This document shows, one piece after another, positions 50,535-61,157 of a stretch of DNA of 64,000 nt; positions within the stretch are counted from its first letter, which is position 1; every line of letters begins with the position of its first letter. Below the pieces are notes generated by a model, which saw only the letters and a program-made list of their open reading frames with translations, was not told the origin of the DNA and did no database searches. Origin of the DNA: an uncultured Clostridium sp. (lineage in GTDB: Bacteria; Bacillota; Clostridia; TANB77; CAG-508); the NCBI GenBank assembly GCA_945946655.1, contig CAMEWM010000003.1, forward strand, positions 28,109-92,108. Direction: 5' to 3'. Both the position numbers and the translations under genes were made by a program.

Positions 50535-51575
50535 CTAAGAACAATATCTACAAAGTATAGATTCTAATCCAATATTTATATCCATAGCTCCACTTTTTAC
50601 TTTATAATCTAGGTCTATAAATTCTTGCAAAATTTTTCTAAGTTCTTCTTCTTTAAAATATTTTGATTGCATTGTGTATTTAGTTGTTAGAAAAGTTTGA
50701 TTAGGCTTTAAATTTAGGCTTTCTGCAATATTTAATTTTTCTCTAATTGCAATTTTTGTAATGTATATTTTTTTAAAATGATTATATAATGTAATAAATA
50801 TTTTTTGTATCGGTTCCTTTGCATATATTAAATTTTTTAAGACTTGAAGAGCTTCAGAAATATTTCGTTTACCTAGGCTATCCGTTAAGTCAAATATTAT
50901 ACTTTCAAATTGCTTTATTGCCAGTAAGTCAATTGTTTGTTTTGTTATTGTACCATTCTCTCCAACATATTCTATTTGCTTTCTTATTTCATTGATTAAG
51001 TCTTGTAGAGAAGTTCCGCAAACTTCTATAAAATAATTTAATGTACTATTGTCTATATTTACTTTATATGCATTACATATGGCTTTTATTCTCTTTGCTA
51101 AATCTATAGGCTTTTGCCTTTCAAAATTACATACACACCCAACTTTCTCTATTTCTTTATATAAGTCATTTTTCTCTACTTCATTTTCTATGAACACTAA
51201 TATTACAGAATCTTTAATCATATCTATATTTTCATCTATATATGTAGCTAATTTATTCTCAAATTTGTTATCTTCTTTTTGTTTTTTTGTTTCTGTACCA
51301 GTTTTTCCTCTTTTCGCTTTCTGAAATAATCCTGTATCTTTTGCAATAATAAGTTTTTGTGGATATCCAAATGCTGGAGTTTCAATATCCGCAATAATAT
51401 CTGCAACATTATTGTTATCTATCTGTATGTAATTTATTCCATTTATTACTTCTCCAAATAATTTATTTATCTTTTTTACGCAGTTGTCTAATAAAAATCT
51501 TTCTTCTCCATATAATAGATAAATATTATTAAGTTTACCAGCTTTTAAATTATTTTCTAATGTAGCAATATCCAC
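50535..51575 (-). CDS. holA: DNA polymerase III delta subunit
   Basis: 346 aa, N-terminal YLLYGEE motif and delta-subunit fold. Gene order gpr-holA is common in Firmicutes (comEC-holA region). Confidence 0.8.
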   Translation of the reverse strand: MDIATLENNLKAGKLNNIYLLYGEERFLLDNCVKKINKLFGEVINGINYIQIDNNNVADIIADIETPAFGYPQKLIIAKDTGLFQKAKRGKTGTETKKQKEDNKFENKLATYIDENIDMIKDSVILVFIENEVEKNDLYKEIEKVGCVCNFERQKPIDLAKRIKAICNAYKVNIDNSTLNYFIEVCGTSLQDLINEIRKQIEYVGENGTITKQTIDLLAIKQFESIIFDLTDSLGKRNISEALQVLKNLIYAKEPIQKIFITLYNHFKKIYITKIAIREKLNIAESLNLKPNQTFLTTKYTMQSKYFKEEELRKILQEFIDLDYKVKSGAMDINIGLESILCRYCS

Positions 51576-51589
51576 TATCTTCCTCCCAG

Positions 51590-53608
51590 TTACTTATTAA
51601 GCACTATTCTAAAAATTTCTGAAACACTCCATGCTTGTGCGAAAGTTCCTCTTGCTTCATATGGTTCTCTAGAATCATATAATTCACTTATTGTTCCAAT
51701 ACTAGACCTTTCATACATTTCTTTTTCAAAAGTTAATCTTGTATTCTGTACCAACTCTTTCAATTTGTCTTCTAATTCTTGTTTTCTTATTCTGTCTTTT
51801 TCCATCTTTATTGTATTTTTTAAAGCATCATAATACAATCCCAATAACCAAGGCCAGGTTATTCCTTGATGATAACTTGTATCTCTTTTATATGGTGATC
51901 CCTCATATATAGCAACATATTCCTCTTCGTCTGCAGCCAATGTCTGTAAACCATAATTATTTAGTAGTTTTTTGTAAACCACTTCTATTATTTGCTCTGC
52001 AATTACCGGTGTCTCAATAACTGGATGAGATAAACTTAATGCAAATAATTGATTTGGTCTTATTTTATCATCTCCTAAAACATCATACAAACATTGCTTA
52101 TTTTTATTATAGAATTTTTCATTGAATGACTTTGAAGTTTTTTCTGCCATTTCTAAGTATTTCTTGCATAATTTTTTATCATCAAACTTTTCTGCAAATC
52201 TTGCCATTATCTTTAGAGCATTATACCATAGTGCATTTAGCTCTACAGTTTTACCGTTTCTCGGAGTTACTGCATGTCCATCTATTTTCACATCCATCCA
52301 AGTAATCTGAGTATTTTCAGTTCCTGCTGATATTAAATTATCATTATCTAGATAAATATTATCTCCATCTACATTTATTTTTCCAGAATAAGCTTCAATT
52401 ATTTTTACTAAAGATGGGTATATTTTTTCTTTAACAAAATCATAATCATTTGTATATTTTAAGTACTTATAAACTTGCTCTATTAGCAACAATGAACTAT
52501 CAGCACTATTATATAGTGGCCTATTATCATATCCAGAATATCCATTTGGTACTAATCCAAATTTCATGTCTCTTATATTAGTTAACAAGACTTCCTTTGC
52601 TATATCATATCTCTTAGTAATAAGCAGTAGTCCTTCAAATGAAATTAAAGTATCTCTTCCCCAATCCAAGAACCATGGATATCCAGCAATTATTGTGTGT
52701 AAACCAAATGATGGTCTGTTAACTATAAAATTATCTGTTGCCATTATCAGCGTCTTTATAATTTCTAGATTCTTATTATTCATTTTACTGTTTTGTAGAA
52801 TTCCTGTGTCGTAGATAATTCCGCTTAATCTAGTTAATTCTTTATTAATAACATTTACTCCATCAATTTCTTCTATATTTTCTTCTAATGAACATACAAA
52901 AGTTATATCTTTTTCTTCATTCGGATCTAAATTAATGTTATATACCCCTGGTATGTAGTGATTCTCTTCCGCTTCAAAGCCTCTTTCCTCTTCTCTTAAA
53001 TAATACATATTATTAAAGCTGTCATCTATATGTTTAAGATATTTACCATCTGAACATGTCATATATATAGGTGTTGATGAGTTATCATCTAATATCACTT
53101 TTAGCTTATTATTAAAATGAGTTTGAGTAGCTTCAAATTGATGCTCATGATTAATTGAATGAAAATCTCTAAAATTCATAACTGGAGCTAATGTAAGCTT
53201 TGATTCTGCATTTTGATTTTTTATCCTATATAATATTACTACAGTATTTTTTCCATACTCCATACAAATGAATTTTTTTATTGTTATATCTTCTACTTTA
53301 TATGTAAATATTGGAATATATTCTTTTTTAAATTCTGTTAGGTATGTATATCCTTCAGAAATCTCGCCGTTTGAAATATTAGTATATAAATTATATTTTC
53401 TTCCGTTAGTTTCCATACTTTCATCTAATTTTGATAATATCAAGAATCTTCTTGCTGGTGGAGTTAATGGAGCTATTAATAGCCCATGATATTTTCTTGT
53501 ATTACATCCTATTTCACTCTGGCTACAAAATCCACCTATTCCGTTAGTTATTATCCAGTCTCTTTTTAAAGCTTTTTTTACACGTCCATCAATTTCATTA
53601 TATTTCAT
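51590..53608 (-). CDS. Glycogen debranching enzyme (amylo-alpha-1,6-glucosidase, GDE_C domain)
   Basis: 672 aa with (alpha/alpha)6-barrel GDE C-terminal domain blocks (GYPWFLDWGRDT, DGHAVTPRNGK). Confidence 0.8.
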   Translation of the reverse strand: MKYNEIDGRVKKALKRDWIITNGIGGFCSQSEIGCNTRKYHGLLIAPLTPPARRFLILSKLDESMETNGRKYNLYTNISNGEISEGYTYLTEFKKEYIPIFTYKVEDITIKKFICMEYGKNTVVILYRIKNQNAESKLTLAPVMNFRDFHSINHEHQFEATQTHFNNKLKVILDDNSSTPIYMTCSDGKYLKHIDDSFNNMYYLREEERGFEAEENHYIPGVYNINLDPNEEKDITFVCSLEENIEEIDGVNVINKELTRLSGIIYDTGILQNSKMNNKNLEIIKTLIMATDNFIVNRPSFGLHTIIAGYPWFLDWGRDTLISFEGLLLITKRYDIAKEVLLTNIRDMKFGLVPNGYSGYDNRPLYNSADSSLLLIEQVYKYLKYTNDYDFVKEKIYPSLVKIIEAYSGKINVDGDNIYLDNDNLISAGTENTQITWMDVKIDGHAVTPRNGKTVELNALWYNALKIMARFAEKFDDKKLCKKYLEMAEKTSKSFNEKFYNKNKQCLYDVLGDDKIRPNQLFALSLSHPVIETPVIAEQIIEVVYKKLLNNYGLQTLAADEEEYVAIYEGSPYKRDTSYHQGITWPWLLGLYYDALKNTIKMEKDRIRKQELEDKLKELVQNTRLTFEKEMYERSSIGTISELYDSREPYEARGTFAQAWSVSEIFRIVLNK

Positions 53609-53625
53609 CTATCGTTTACCTCTTT

Positions 53626-55257
53626 TTATTCTTTTTGGCTTGTTTTTCTCATCTTTCTTAATGTATCTTCCATTCTCTTTTCTCTGTCTTTATCCATTTT
53701 CGTTTCTTCATTTAGTTCACTAATTTCTTTTTGTTTTACATTTTGTTTCTTTTTCGCAGATTCTTCTTTTATATGAGTACTTTCCTGTATTGATTGAATT
53801 CTATCATTATATTTTTCAAAGAATTTGCTATTTGAACGTTTTTTAGGATTTTTCTTCTTTATGTTTTTCTTTTTGTTGCTTTTCATTTTTTTCTTTGTAT
53901 CTTTTATTTTAGAATCTAGCATTATATATTGTGTATCGTTTTGCATATCTCTAAATTTTAGATCATCACAAATCAATTGAATAATACTTGTAGCTATCGC
54001 ATCTGGATTGTGTCTAATTCTTCCATTCTCTATTGTTGAAAGATTTCTTTGTATTAATTTTATACCTTCATCTTTTACTTTAGATACATTTTGTTCAACA
54101 AGTTCGGCCCCTTCCTTATTATACTGTCTTATATATTCTGGAACGATTTCTCCTGTATCATATATGCAATAGTCAATAACTCCTTTGCCTGCATGATCTA
54201 TTATTGCCTTTATATGATCATATAATGTATAATCATCTGTTTGTCCATACTCTGTCATTATATTACTTACATATATCTTAAATCCTTGCGCTTCTTTTAT
54301 TGCCTTAGATACTCCTGGTAGTAATAAGTTTGGTATCACATTTGTATATAAGCTACCAGGGCCAATTACAATAGCATCCGCTTCTTTAATTGCTTCTATA
54401 ACTCCTGGTGCAACTCTTATATTAGTTGGAGATATGTATATTCTACTTATTTTACTTATTTTTTGGCTTACCATCTCTGGTATCTTATCTTTACTTTCAA
54501 CTACAGTACCATCTTCTAACTCTGCACATATTTTAATCTGGTCAAGTGTTACTGGAAGTACTTTGCCTACCATATTAAGAATTTTAGAACTTTCCTGTAT
54601 AGACATAGAAAAATCCCCAACAGCTTCTCTCATAGCAGTTAAATAAATGTCTCCAAATTTCAATCCCTTCAATTGACTATTCGTCATGTCGAGATTTAAT
54701 AGACAATTCATTTCTTCTTCATTTGTAGATAAAGCAATTAAGCTGTCTTTAATATCTCCTAAAGGAAGTGTTCCAAGATTTTCTCTCGATTTATTTTCCT
54801 TTTCTCCATAATCCGAAACTGTTACTATTGCTGTTATGTTGTCTGTATAGTTTTTTAATCCTCTTAGTACTGTATTTAACCCAGATCCTCCACCGATTAC
54901 AACTATCTTAGGTCCTTGATTATAAATTTTTTTATTAAATATTAAAGATTTAACCTTACTTTTATTTTCTAACTCTCTGGTATCTGATTCCTCTACTAAT
55001 ATTTCTAAAGTCCTTTTTTGTATGAATATAATACTTATAATTGCAAATGTAAATCCAGTTACAAACATCAAGACTATTTCAGCAAGTTCTTTAAACCCCA
55101 TCTCATTTGTAACTAGTATTTTAGCCATTCCATAGCATACTAATACTATTCCTACTATCATTAGAAAAATCCATCTTTTTATTTTTGCTCCTGATTTAAA
55201 CCATTTAAAAAAACCGTTCATTTTTTTATCCTTTCCACTGTAAAGACTATTCTCCAA
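53626..55257 (-). CDS. YvcK-like gluconeogenesis factor (CofD/UPF0052 family) with N-terminal TM segments and Lys-rich C-terminal tail
   Basis: KIVVIGGGSGLNTVLRGLK nucleotide-binding motif typical of YvcK. Two N-terminal TM helices. C-terminal roughly 110 aa are K/E low complexity. Confidence 0.75.
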   Translation of the reverse strand: MENSLYSGKDKKMNGFFKWFKSGAKIKRWIFLMIVGIVLVCYGMAKILVTNEMGFKELAEIVLMFVTGFTFAIISIIFIQKRTLEILVEESDTRELENKSKVKSLIFNKKIYNQGPKIVVIGGGSGLNTVLRGLKNYTDNITAIVTVSDYGEKENKSRENLGTLPLGDIKDSLIALSTNEEEMNCLLNLDMTNSQLKGLKFGDIYLTAMREAVGDFSMSIQESSKILNMVGKVLPVTLDQIKICAELEDGTVVESKDKIPEMVSQKISKISRIYISPTNIRVAPGVIEAIKEADAIVIGPGSLYTNVIPNLLLPGVSKAIKEAQGFKIYVSNIMTEYGQTDDYTLYDHIKAIIDHAGKGVIDYCIYDTGEIVPEYIRQYNKEGAELVEQNVSKVKDEGIKLIQRNLSTIENGRIRHNPDAIATSIIQLICDDLKFRDMQNDTQYIMLDSKIKDTKKKMKSNKKKNIKKKNPKKRSNSKFFEKYNDRIQSIQESTHIKEESAKKKQNVKQKEISELNEETKMDKDREKRMEDTLRKMRKTSQKE

Positions 55258-56176
55258 TAACCTCTATCTCTAATTCTATTGCTTTATTAAACTTTTCAAA
55301 AACTTGTTTTTTTACAAACTCTACCAACTCCAGCACATCTTTGGCAGTTGCATTTCCTAAGTTAACTATAAATCCTGCGTGTTTTTCCGAAACTTGAGCT
55401 CCTCCAATAGTGTAACCCTTTAGGCCACATTCATCTATCAGTTGAGCTGTTATAAAATCAGAACCTCTTTTAAAAGTACTTCCGGCACTTGGTTTGTCTA
55501 TTGGTTGTTTCTCTTTTCTACTTTGTTTGTTACAATCCATCTTATCCTGTATCTCTTCCTTAATACCTTTGTTTAACTTTAATGTTGTATTTAATATAAT
55601 TATATTATTAGAGAATATACTATGTCTATATCCAAATTCATGTTCTTCATTATCTATTTGCTCTATTCTTAATTGTTCATCAGATAAATTAATGTACCTT
55701 GTAGAGACCACAATATCACTCATTTGCCCTCCATAGGCTCCAGCATTCATTTTTATCGCTCCACCTATGGTACCTGGTATACCCGCAGCAAATTCAAAAC
55801 CTGATAATTGCTTATCTAGCAATATTTGCGCTACTTTCGAATTTAATAAACCAGCATCTACTTTTATAGTTTCATCATCTACAAATTCATAGGAATTAGT
55901 ACATACTTTTGCAACAATTCCTCTTATTCCATTATCTTTTACTAATATGTTACTTCCGTTTCCTATTATCTTTAGTGGTTCATTTATTTTCCTTGATAAT
56001 TTAACTATTTTTTCTATCTGCTCTATACTTCTTAATTTAATAAATATATCTGCATTGCCACCAATTTTAAAAGTAGTATGTTTGCTCATAGGCTCATTTA
56101 TATAAATGTCTTCTTTTGATATAAAATTTTTTATTTTATCATATGTTTCTATTATTTTGCTATTATCCATTATCAT
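55247..56176 (-). CDS. murB: UDP-N-acetylenolpyruvoylglucosamine reductase
   Basis: FAD-binding GGNADIF-type motif (KIGGNADIFI) and MurB C-terminal domain. 309 aa. Confidence 0.9.
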   Translation of the reverse strand: MIMDNSKIIETYDKIKNFISKEDIYINEPMSKHTTFKIGGNADIFIKLRSIEQIEKIVKLSRKINEPLKIIGNGSNILVKDNGIRGIVAKVCTNSYEFVDDETIKVDAGLLNSKVAQILLDKQLSGFEFAAGIPGTIGGAIKMNAGAYGGQMSDIVVSTRYINLSDEQLRIEQIDNEEHEFGYRHSIFSNNIIILNTTLKLNKGIKEEIQDKMDCNKQSRKEKQPIDKPSAGSTFKRGSDFITAQLIDECGLKGYTIGGAQVSEKHAGFIVNLGNATAKDVLELVEFVKKQVFEKFNKAIELEIEVIGE

Positions 56177-56304
56177 TCCACCTCTATTATCTAGATATAT
56201 TCGTAATAACGTCTTTTATTCCCTTAAAAATCCTTATTATTTTATCATTTATACTACAATTTTACAAGTGGCAGGAAACATAAAATAAAGCCACCAGAAA
56301 GTTC

Positions 56305-57702
56305 CTATGGCTTTATTTTGTTTACTATTGGTTGTAATATTTTCTTTATAAAATTCTTATTTGTTATTACACAATAAGCAAGTACAATTATAAACATTAT
56401 AATATTTAAAATCATATTATTTTTATAATATGTTATTAATGTTATAACAAGTAATATCCAAAATACATAATTGAATTTTTCTTTTAATTGTATATATTCA
56501 CTTAATCTATATCTTCTATATGCAAATACAATTACATTGGAAATTAAAGTTGATAGTGTTGCCGCCCATATTCCAAATTTAGGTATTAATATTAAGTTTA
56601 AACCAACATTAATAATTGCAGCTACTACTGTTGTAGAACCCATTATTTTTGTATTTTTGTATGCTGTAAATATTCCGCCATAGAAATTAGACATATTAGT
56701 ATAATATATAGATATTACTAATATAGGTATATATATGTATGCTTCATTATAGCTAGAATCTACTAATAGTGGAAATGCAAAAGGCATTATAGCTATTAGA
56801 CCAAGTACTATTGCTTTCAAGAAGAATTTGATGTCTCTATAAATGCTATTATAGTACTGAGTTTTGTTATCTTCTTTTAATATTCTTGCAGCAGACTCTT
56901 TCCATGCAGTTGAAAAAAATCCATAAAATGTATATATGATATTCGGAAATTTATTGGCTATTGAATATATGCCATTTGCATTAGCACCAGCCATCCATGT
57001 TAGCATAAGTCTATCCGATAAGCTTATAATTATCCAAGATAAGTTATTTGGCACCAAAGGTATAGAATATCTAAGCATTTCAGATAATGTCTTTTTATTT
57101 AAATCTTTTATACTTATAAATTGTGGTAAATGTAACTTCATAAGTACTACTATCGCAGTAACACTATTTGCAACAGTATTAGACCACAATAATCCACTTA
57201 CTCCTAATTTAAAATTAACGATAAATACTATATTTAATACTATTGTTGATGCACCTAAAATGAAGTTTGAAAAAGAGTATAATTTTATTTTTCCAGTTCC
57301 TCTTGCAAGTGCATTGCTTAGTCCAATAAGGACATTTGATATTATAAACAATAAGAATACAACTGCATATTCATATTTCATTATTCCCATTACAATTCCA
57401 GCAATTATTGAAAAAACTAATGTTCCAACTGCTGTATATGCAATAGTTGCAGTTATTACTCTTTTTTTACTTTTCAGATCCTCTGCATCTATTAAGAATC
57501 TAAACATAGATTCTTCCATTAACATAGTTATTATTGGTAATAAAAATGTTGATAATGTTACTAGAAAATCATAAGTACCATATTCTGAAGTTGTTAATTT
57601 TGATGTATATAATCTTAGTAATAAAAAAGATACAATTTGAGTACTTAGTTTACCTATAGCTATTATCACTGTATTTTTTAATAATTGTTTCTTTTGATTC
57701 AT
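56305..57702 (-). CDS. Polysaccharide biosynthesis / oligosaccharide flippase (MOP superfamily, Wzx/MurJ/SpoVB-like), 14 TM
   Basis: 465 aa, highly hydrophobic, N-terminal MNQKKQLLKNTVIIAIGKL typical of Wzx/SpoVB-type flippases. Confidence 0.75.
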   Translation of the reverse strand: MNQKKQLLKNTVIIAIGKLSTQIVSFLLLRLYTSKLTTSEYGTYDFLVTLSTFLLPIITMLMEESMFRFLIDAEDLKSKKRVITATIAYTAVGTLVFSIIAGIVMGIMKYEYAVVFLLFIISNVLIGLSNALARGTGKIKLYSFSNFILGASTIVLNIVFIVNFKLGVSGLLWSNTVANSVTAIVVLMKLHLPQFISIKDLNKKTLSEMLRYSIPLVPNNLSWIIISLSDRLMLTWMAGANANGIYSIANKFPNIIYTFYGFFSTAWKESAARILKEDNKTQYYNSIYRDIKFFLKAIVLGLIAIMPFAFPLLVDSSYNEAYIYIPILVISIYYTNMSNFYGGIFTAYKNTKIMGSTTVVAAIINVGLNLILIPKFGIWAATLSTLISNVIVFAYRRYRLSEYIQLKEKFNYVFWILLVITLITYYKNNMILNIIMFIIVLAYCVITNKNFIKKILQPIVNKIKP

Positions 57703-57891
57703 TTTACACTTCCAATTTCATATTTTATTCATACATTTATAATTTTATTTTTACATATTTTATCATACTATTATTTTCTGTCAATAATAACTTATTTTTA
57801 TAAATATATTTTTTGATATTGTAAAAATTGTTGAAAACATTCTTTTGTAATGATACAATTTTATTAAATTTATATCAAAGGAGATTTATTT

Positions 57892-59121
57892 ATGAAGAAG
57901 GAAACCTCTAGAGCCTACATTGCAAGCCACATAATTTTACGAAACAATATTTTTTATCAATGGGAGACTTTTTTTAATAATTTTCAAAAAGGAAACGAAT
58001 ATATGAGACAATATTTATGCGACATTTGGAATAGCATAGATGATACAACAATTAATCCAGACTTCTATCTAAATGATATTGATAGAAAAGTATCTAAAGA
58101 TGACTTTTATATTTTCATGAAAAAAATAAATGATTTCTATGTAATATTCTTTGTATTTCCCGAGCCAGATTCAGCTATAGCACAGGCAAAATGCGTTGCT
58201 CTAGTTGTTGGTGGAACTGTACCAAGATACATTACTATGGAAATTTCCAAAATTAATGGAACTCAAAAGTCTTATATGGCTTGTGAGTGGCATTTTGAAA
58301 ATAATAACTTTGTTCATTACAATTATGGATCTATGCAACAAAATACAATTAACGAATTTATAGATATAGTTAAGGATTTGTTGGAGAAAGCAGGAGATAA
58401 GCCAACAGCTCTTTTGGAATGTGGCTTAAAAAACAAAACATTGAATTTAGTAGATTTAAATAATATTTCTTTTAAAGATTTATTATCTTTATGTATTGGA
58501 AAAGTATATTCCAATCAACGTAAATTTATCGATTATTTAGGAGATTATAACTCTTGGAACACCGATATAACTACAGGAATATTAAAAATAGATCAAAAAG
58601 AATTTAATGTAGAGTACATAGGTACAACATCACCTAGTATAGATAACTTTTGGTACTCCTCTATAATAGAAAGATCTATTCCTAATCAGTATGTTTATTT
58701 GATGATAGCAGTAAAAAAATTGATGGAAAGTTTTGGATTAAATAAATTCGTTGAAAATAAAATTAATCTTGATAAAGATATTAATCCTTTCAACTTATCT
58801 ATGATTTATATTGCTTTTTCTCCGGAAAAAGTTACTTACTTTTGTGGCAAGGGAGATACATCTATATATATGTTTGTAAAAAATCTACCAGATAGCATAT
58901 TTGCCAAAGTTGAACCAAATTCATTCATATCTACAGTAATGGATATATTATCTACATTTAATGTTAACGCCAAATTAATGGTAAAAGCTTTTCTGATTGA
59001 AAATGATTGTGAATATACTGAAAATGAAAATAATATTATTGGCATTTTTTCTGACAAATCAAAAATAGTTTTTAAATTTGATGGAGATAATCTCATAAGC
59101 GCTTCAGGAAATCTAAACTAA
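57892..59121 (+). CDS. Hypothetical protein (409 aa), orphan
   Basis: Monocistronic on the + strand, with own terminator. No recognisable motifs. Adjacent to the tRNA-Gly locus. Confidence 0.5.
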   Translation: MKKETSRAYIASHIILRNNIFYQWETFFNNFQKGNEYMRQYLCDIWNSIDDTTINPDFYLNDIDRKVSKDDFYIFMKKINDFYVIFFVFPEPDSAIAQAKCVALVVGGTVPRYITMEISKINGTQKSYMACEWHFENNNFVHYNYGSMQQNTINEFIDIVKDLLEKAGDKPTALLECGLKNKTLNLVDLNNISFKDLLSLCIGKVYSNQRKFIDYLGDYNSWNTDITTGILKIDQKEFNVEYIGTTSPSIDNFWYSSIIERSIPNQYVYLMIAVKKLMESFGLNKFVENKINLDKDINPFNLSMIYIAFSPEKVTYFCGKGDTSIYMFVKNLPDSIFAKVEPNSFISTVMDILSTFNVNAKLMVKAFLIENDCEYTENENNIIGIFSDKSKIVFKFDGDNLISASGNLN

Positions 59122-59131
59122 CTTAGATAGC

Positions 59132-59164
59132 AAAAAATAAGTCGACTAGATCGACTTATTTTCT
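59132..59164. terminator. Bidirectional rho-independent terminator
   Basis: ataagtcga-ctaga-tcgacttat with flanking A-run and T-run. Confidence 0.65.
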
Positions 59165-59171
59165 GTATATA

Positions 59172-59245
59172 TGGAGCAGATGAGGGGAATCGAACCCCCA
59201 CTGTCGCCTTGGGAAGGCAATGTTCTACCACTAAACTACATCTGC
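59172..59245 (-). tRNA. tRNA-Gly (anticodon CCC)
   Basis: Reverse complement gives gcagatg...catctgc acceptor, anticodon stem ttgcc/ggcga, loop ttCCCaa, T-arm ggggg-ttcgatt-cccct, CCA encoded. Confidence 0.85.
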
Positions 59246-59587
59246 ATAATCATATTTTACCACTTATTTATATTTTTTCAAGTAGTTAAGATTATTAATT
59301 TATGTTTTTACTATAAAGATAAAAAATAATCTAGAAGACCTACAATTGTCCTGTGGTCTTCTAATATATTAGTCAGAATATATTATTTAAGATGTATTGA
59401 ATCCTGTCAATTATTTTCTTAAATATAGATTCTTCTTTATATTCTACAATTTCCAAAGTTATCAAATTCTTTATCATACATATAACATTTATATCATTAT
59501 CTTTATTATATTTATATCATAAGTTAATATTTTGTACAATAAAAATTCAACCTATGTTACTATCCACCCACGACACAAGGAGGTTAC

Positions 59588-59968
59588 ATGGCAATCTTTG
59601 AAGCCGAGGGCTATTGCCCTCAGACCGCAATCTGGCGGTGGAACATCGACCATAGTGGCAATGTTGCCACTGACTACGAGGAGGTGTATAGCCTGCTACG
59701 TAGCACCATGGGTTACATGGTGTACCCTGACCCGGAGAGAACTCTTCAGTACGCACCTGAGCTGTTCTGTGGCGCCCACGCTAACAGCAGTTCTCTTGGG
59801 CGCACCCTTGCGTCTAAGTTGAAGCAGCTTCATCCTACCAGGATTGAGCTCTATGACTGCAAAGACTACTCCGATCTCCTCCAAGGAGAAACGCTACTGT
59901 CTGATGAACGCTTCACTGTCGTTCTCAGCACTGTTGGCGGGGTTCAGGTTTACATCTTCAAGCAGTAA
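59588..59968 (+). CDS. Hypothetical protein (126 aa) encoded on a short high-GC island
   Basis: AGGAGG RBS 7 nt before ATG at 59588. Roughly 50-55% GC against about 27% for the host. Followed by a GC-rich terminator. No recognisable domain. Confidence 0.6.
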   Translation: MAIFEAEGYCPQTAIWRWNIDHSGNVATDYEEVYSLLRSTMGYMVYPDPERTLQYAPELFCGAHANSSSLGRTLASKLKQLHPTRIELYDCKDYSDLLQGETLLSDERFTVVLSTVGGVQVYIFKQ

Positions 59969-59982
59969 CCAGGACCGATGGA

Positions 59983-60017
59983 GGGGGCACTTATAACAGT
60001 GCCCCCTTTGCTTTTTT
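59983..60017 (+). terminator. GC-rich rho-independent terminator of the 126-aa gene
   Basis: gggggcact-tataac-agtgccccc followed by tttgctttttt. Confidence 0.75.
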
Positions 60018-60053
60018 ATTTACTATTTTTTAGCTATTGTATTAATTAAACAT

Positions 60054-60078
60054 AAAAAAACTCTACAATATTGTAGAG
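60054..60078 (-). terminator. Rho-independent terminator after tRNA-Gly(TCC) (minus strand)
   Basis: ctctacaat-attgtagag hairpin followed on the minus strand by T7. Confidence 0.55.
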
Positions 60079-60087
60079 TTTATATTT

Positions 60088-60161
<74 letters not shown>

Positions 60162-60275
60162 ATATTTCCTAACGACAAATATTATTATAATGGTAATTAT
60201 TCAATTTGTCAATAGGATTTTTAAATTTTTTTAATTTTTTTACACATTTATCATTTATTGTATTAATATTATATT

Positions 60276-61157
60276 TTATGCTCTTGGGTGAGCTTTTTTA
60301 TATTCATTTTTTATTCCTGGATCTTGAAATTGCATATATACTTGTGTAGAAGATATATCTGAATGTCCAAGCATTGTCTGAATAGCTTTTAGATCAGCTC
60401 CATTTTGCAATAAATGCGTTGCAAAAGAATGTCTTAATACATGTGGGGTTATTTCTTTTTCTATATGAGCTTGTTCTTTATAATATTTAACAATCTTCCA
60501 GAATCCTTGTCTTGTTAATCTTGTTCCATTAACATTAACAAATAGAGCCTCTTCATTTTCATCTCTTATTAAATATGGTCTTGCATCCTCTATGTACTCT
60601 TTTAATGCTTTTAAAGACATTGAACCTAAAGGAATATTTCTTGCCTTATTTCTTCCTCTACATACAACATATCCTTCATCCATTTTAACATCATCTATAT
60701 CTAATGAGATCATTTCCGTAACTCTCATTCCTGTAGCATATGCGAATTCTAGCATTGCTTTATCTCTAGTGCCCTTTAAATCAACATCTTTAGGTTGTTC
60801 CAATAATAACTCAACTTCTTTTGAAGTTAATATATTAGGTACTCTTTTATTTATTTTAGGTGATTCAATAGTCATAGTTGGATCTTTCTTTATCTTCTTT
60901 ACTCTTATTAAATATTGATAAAAAGATCTTATTGAAGCTAGACTTCTTGAAATAGTAGATTCCTTTTTATTTTCTTCTCTTAAATATTCCATATATTCTA
61001 GTATAGTTTCTTCGGTTACTTTTAAATAGTTAATTTTGTTATCTGATACGTATTTTTCATATTGCTCTATATCTCTTCTGTATGATTGAAGTGTGTTATC
61101 TGATAATTTCTTGTCATCTTTAAGAAAATCTAAAAAAAGTTTAACTTGCTTTTCCAT
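60276..61157 (-). CDS. xerD: Tyrosine recombinase XerD/XerC family (chromosome dimer resolution)
   Basis: 293 aa. R..H.R.Y catalytic tetrad context (HVLRHSFATHLL, ...TQVY). Adjacent to spoIIM, as in the Bacillus ripX region. Confidence 0.85.
   Translation of the reverse strand: MEKQVKLFLDFLKDDKKLSDNTLQSYRRDIEQYEKYVSDNKINYLKVTEETILEYMEYLREENKKESTISRSLASIRSFYQYLIRVKKIKKDPTMTIESPKINKRVPNILTSKEVELLLEQPKDVDLKGTRDKAMLEFAYATGMRVTEMISLDIDDVKMDEGYVVCRGRNKARNIPLGSMSLKALKEYIEDARPYLIRDENEEALFVNVNGTRLTRQGFWKIVKYYKEQAHIEKEITPHVLRHSFATHLLQNGADLKAIQTMLGHSDISSTQVYMQFQDPGIKNEYKKAHPRA

Noticed and set aside
59532-59884. Alternative ORFs (59532-59822 +, 59547-59756 -, 59696-59884 -) within the high-GC island
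   Set aside because: High GC removes stop codons in all frames. Only 59588-59968 has a proper RBS and terminator, so it is preferred.
60276-61157. Tyrosine recombinase as integrase of the adjacent GC island
   Set aside because: It is full-length XerC/D-like, sits with spoIIM in a conserved chromosomal context, and is separated from the island by a tRNA and terminator. More likely the housekeeping xerD.
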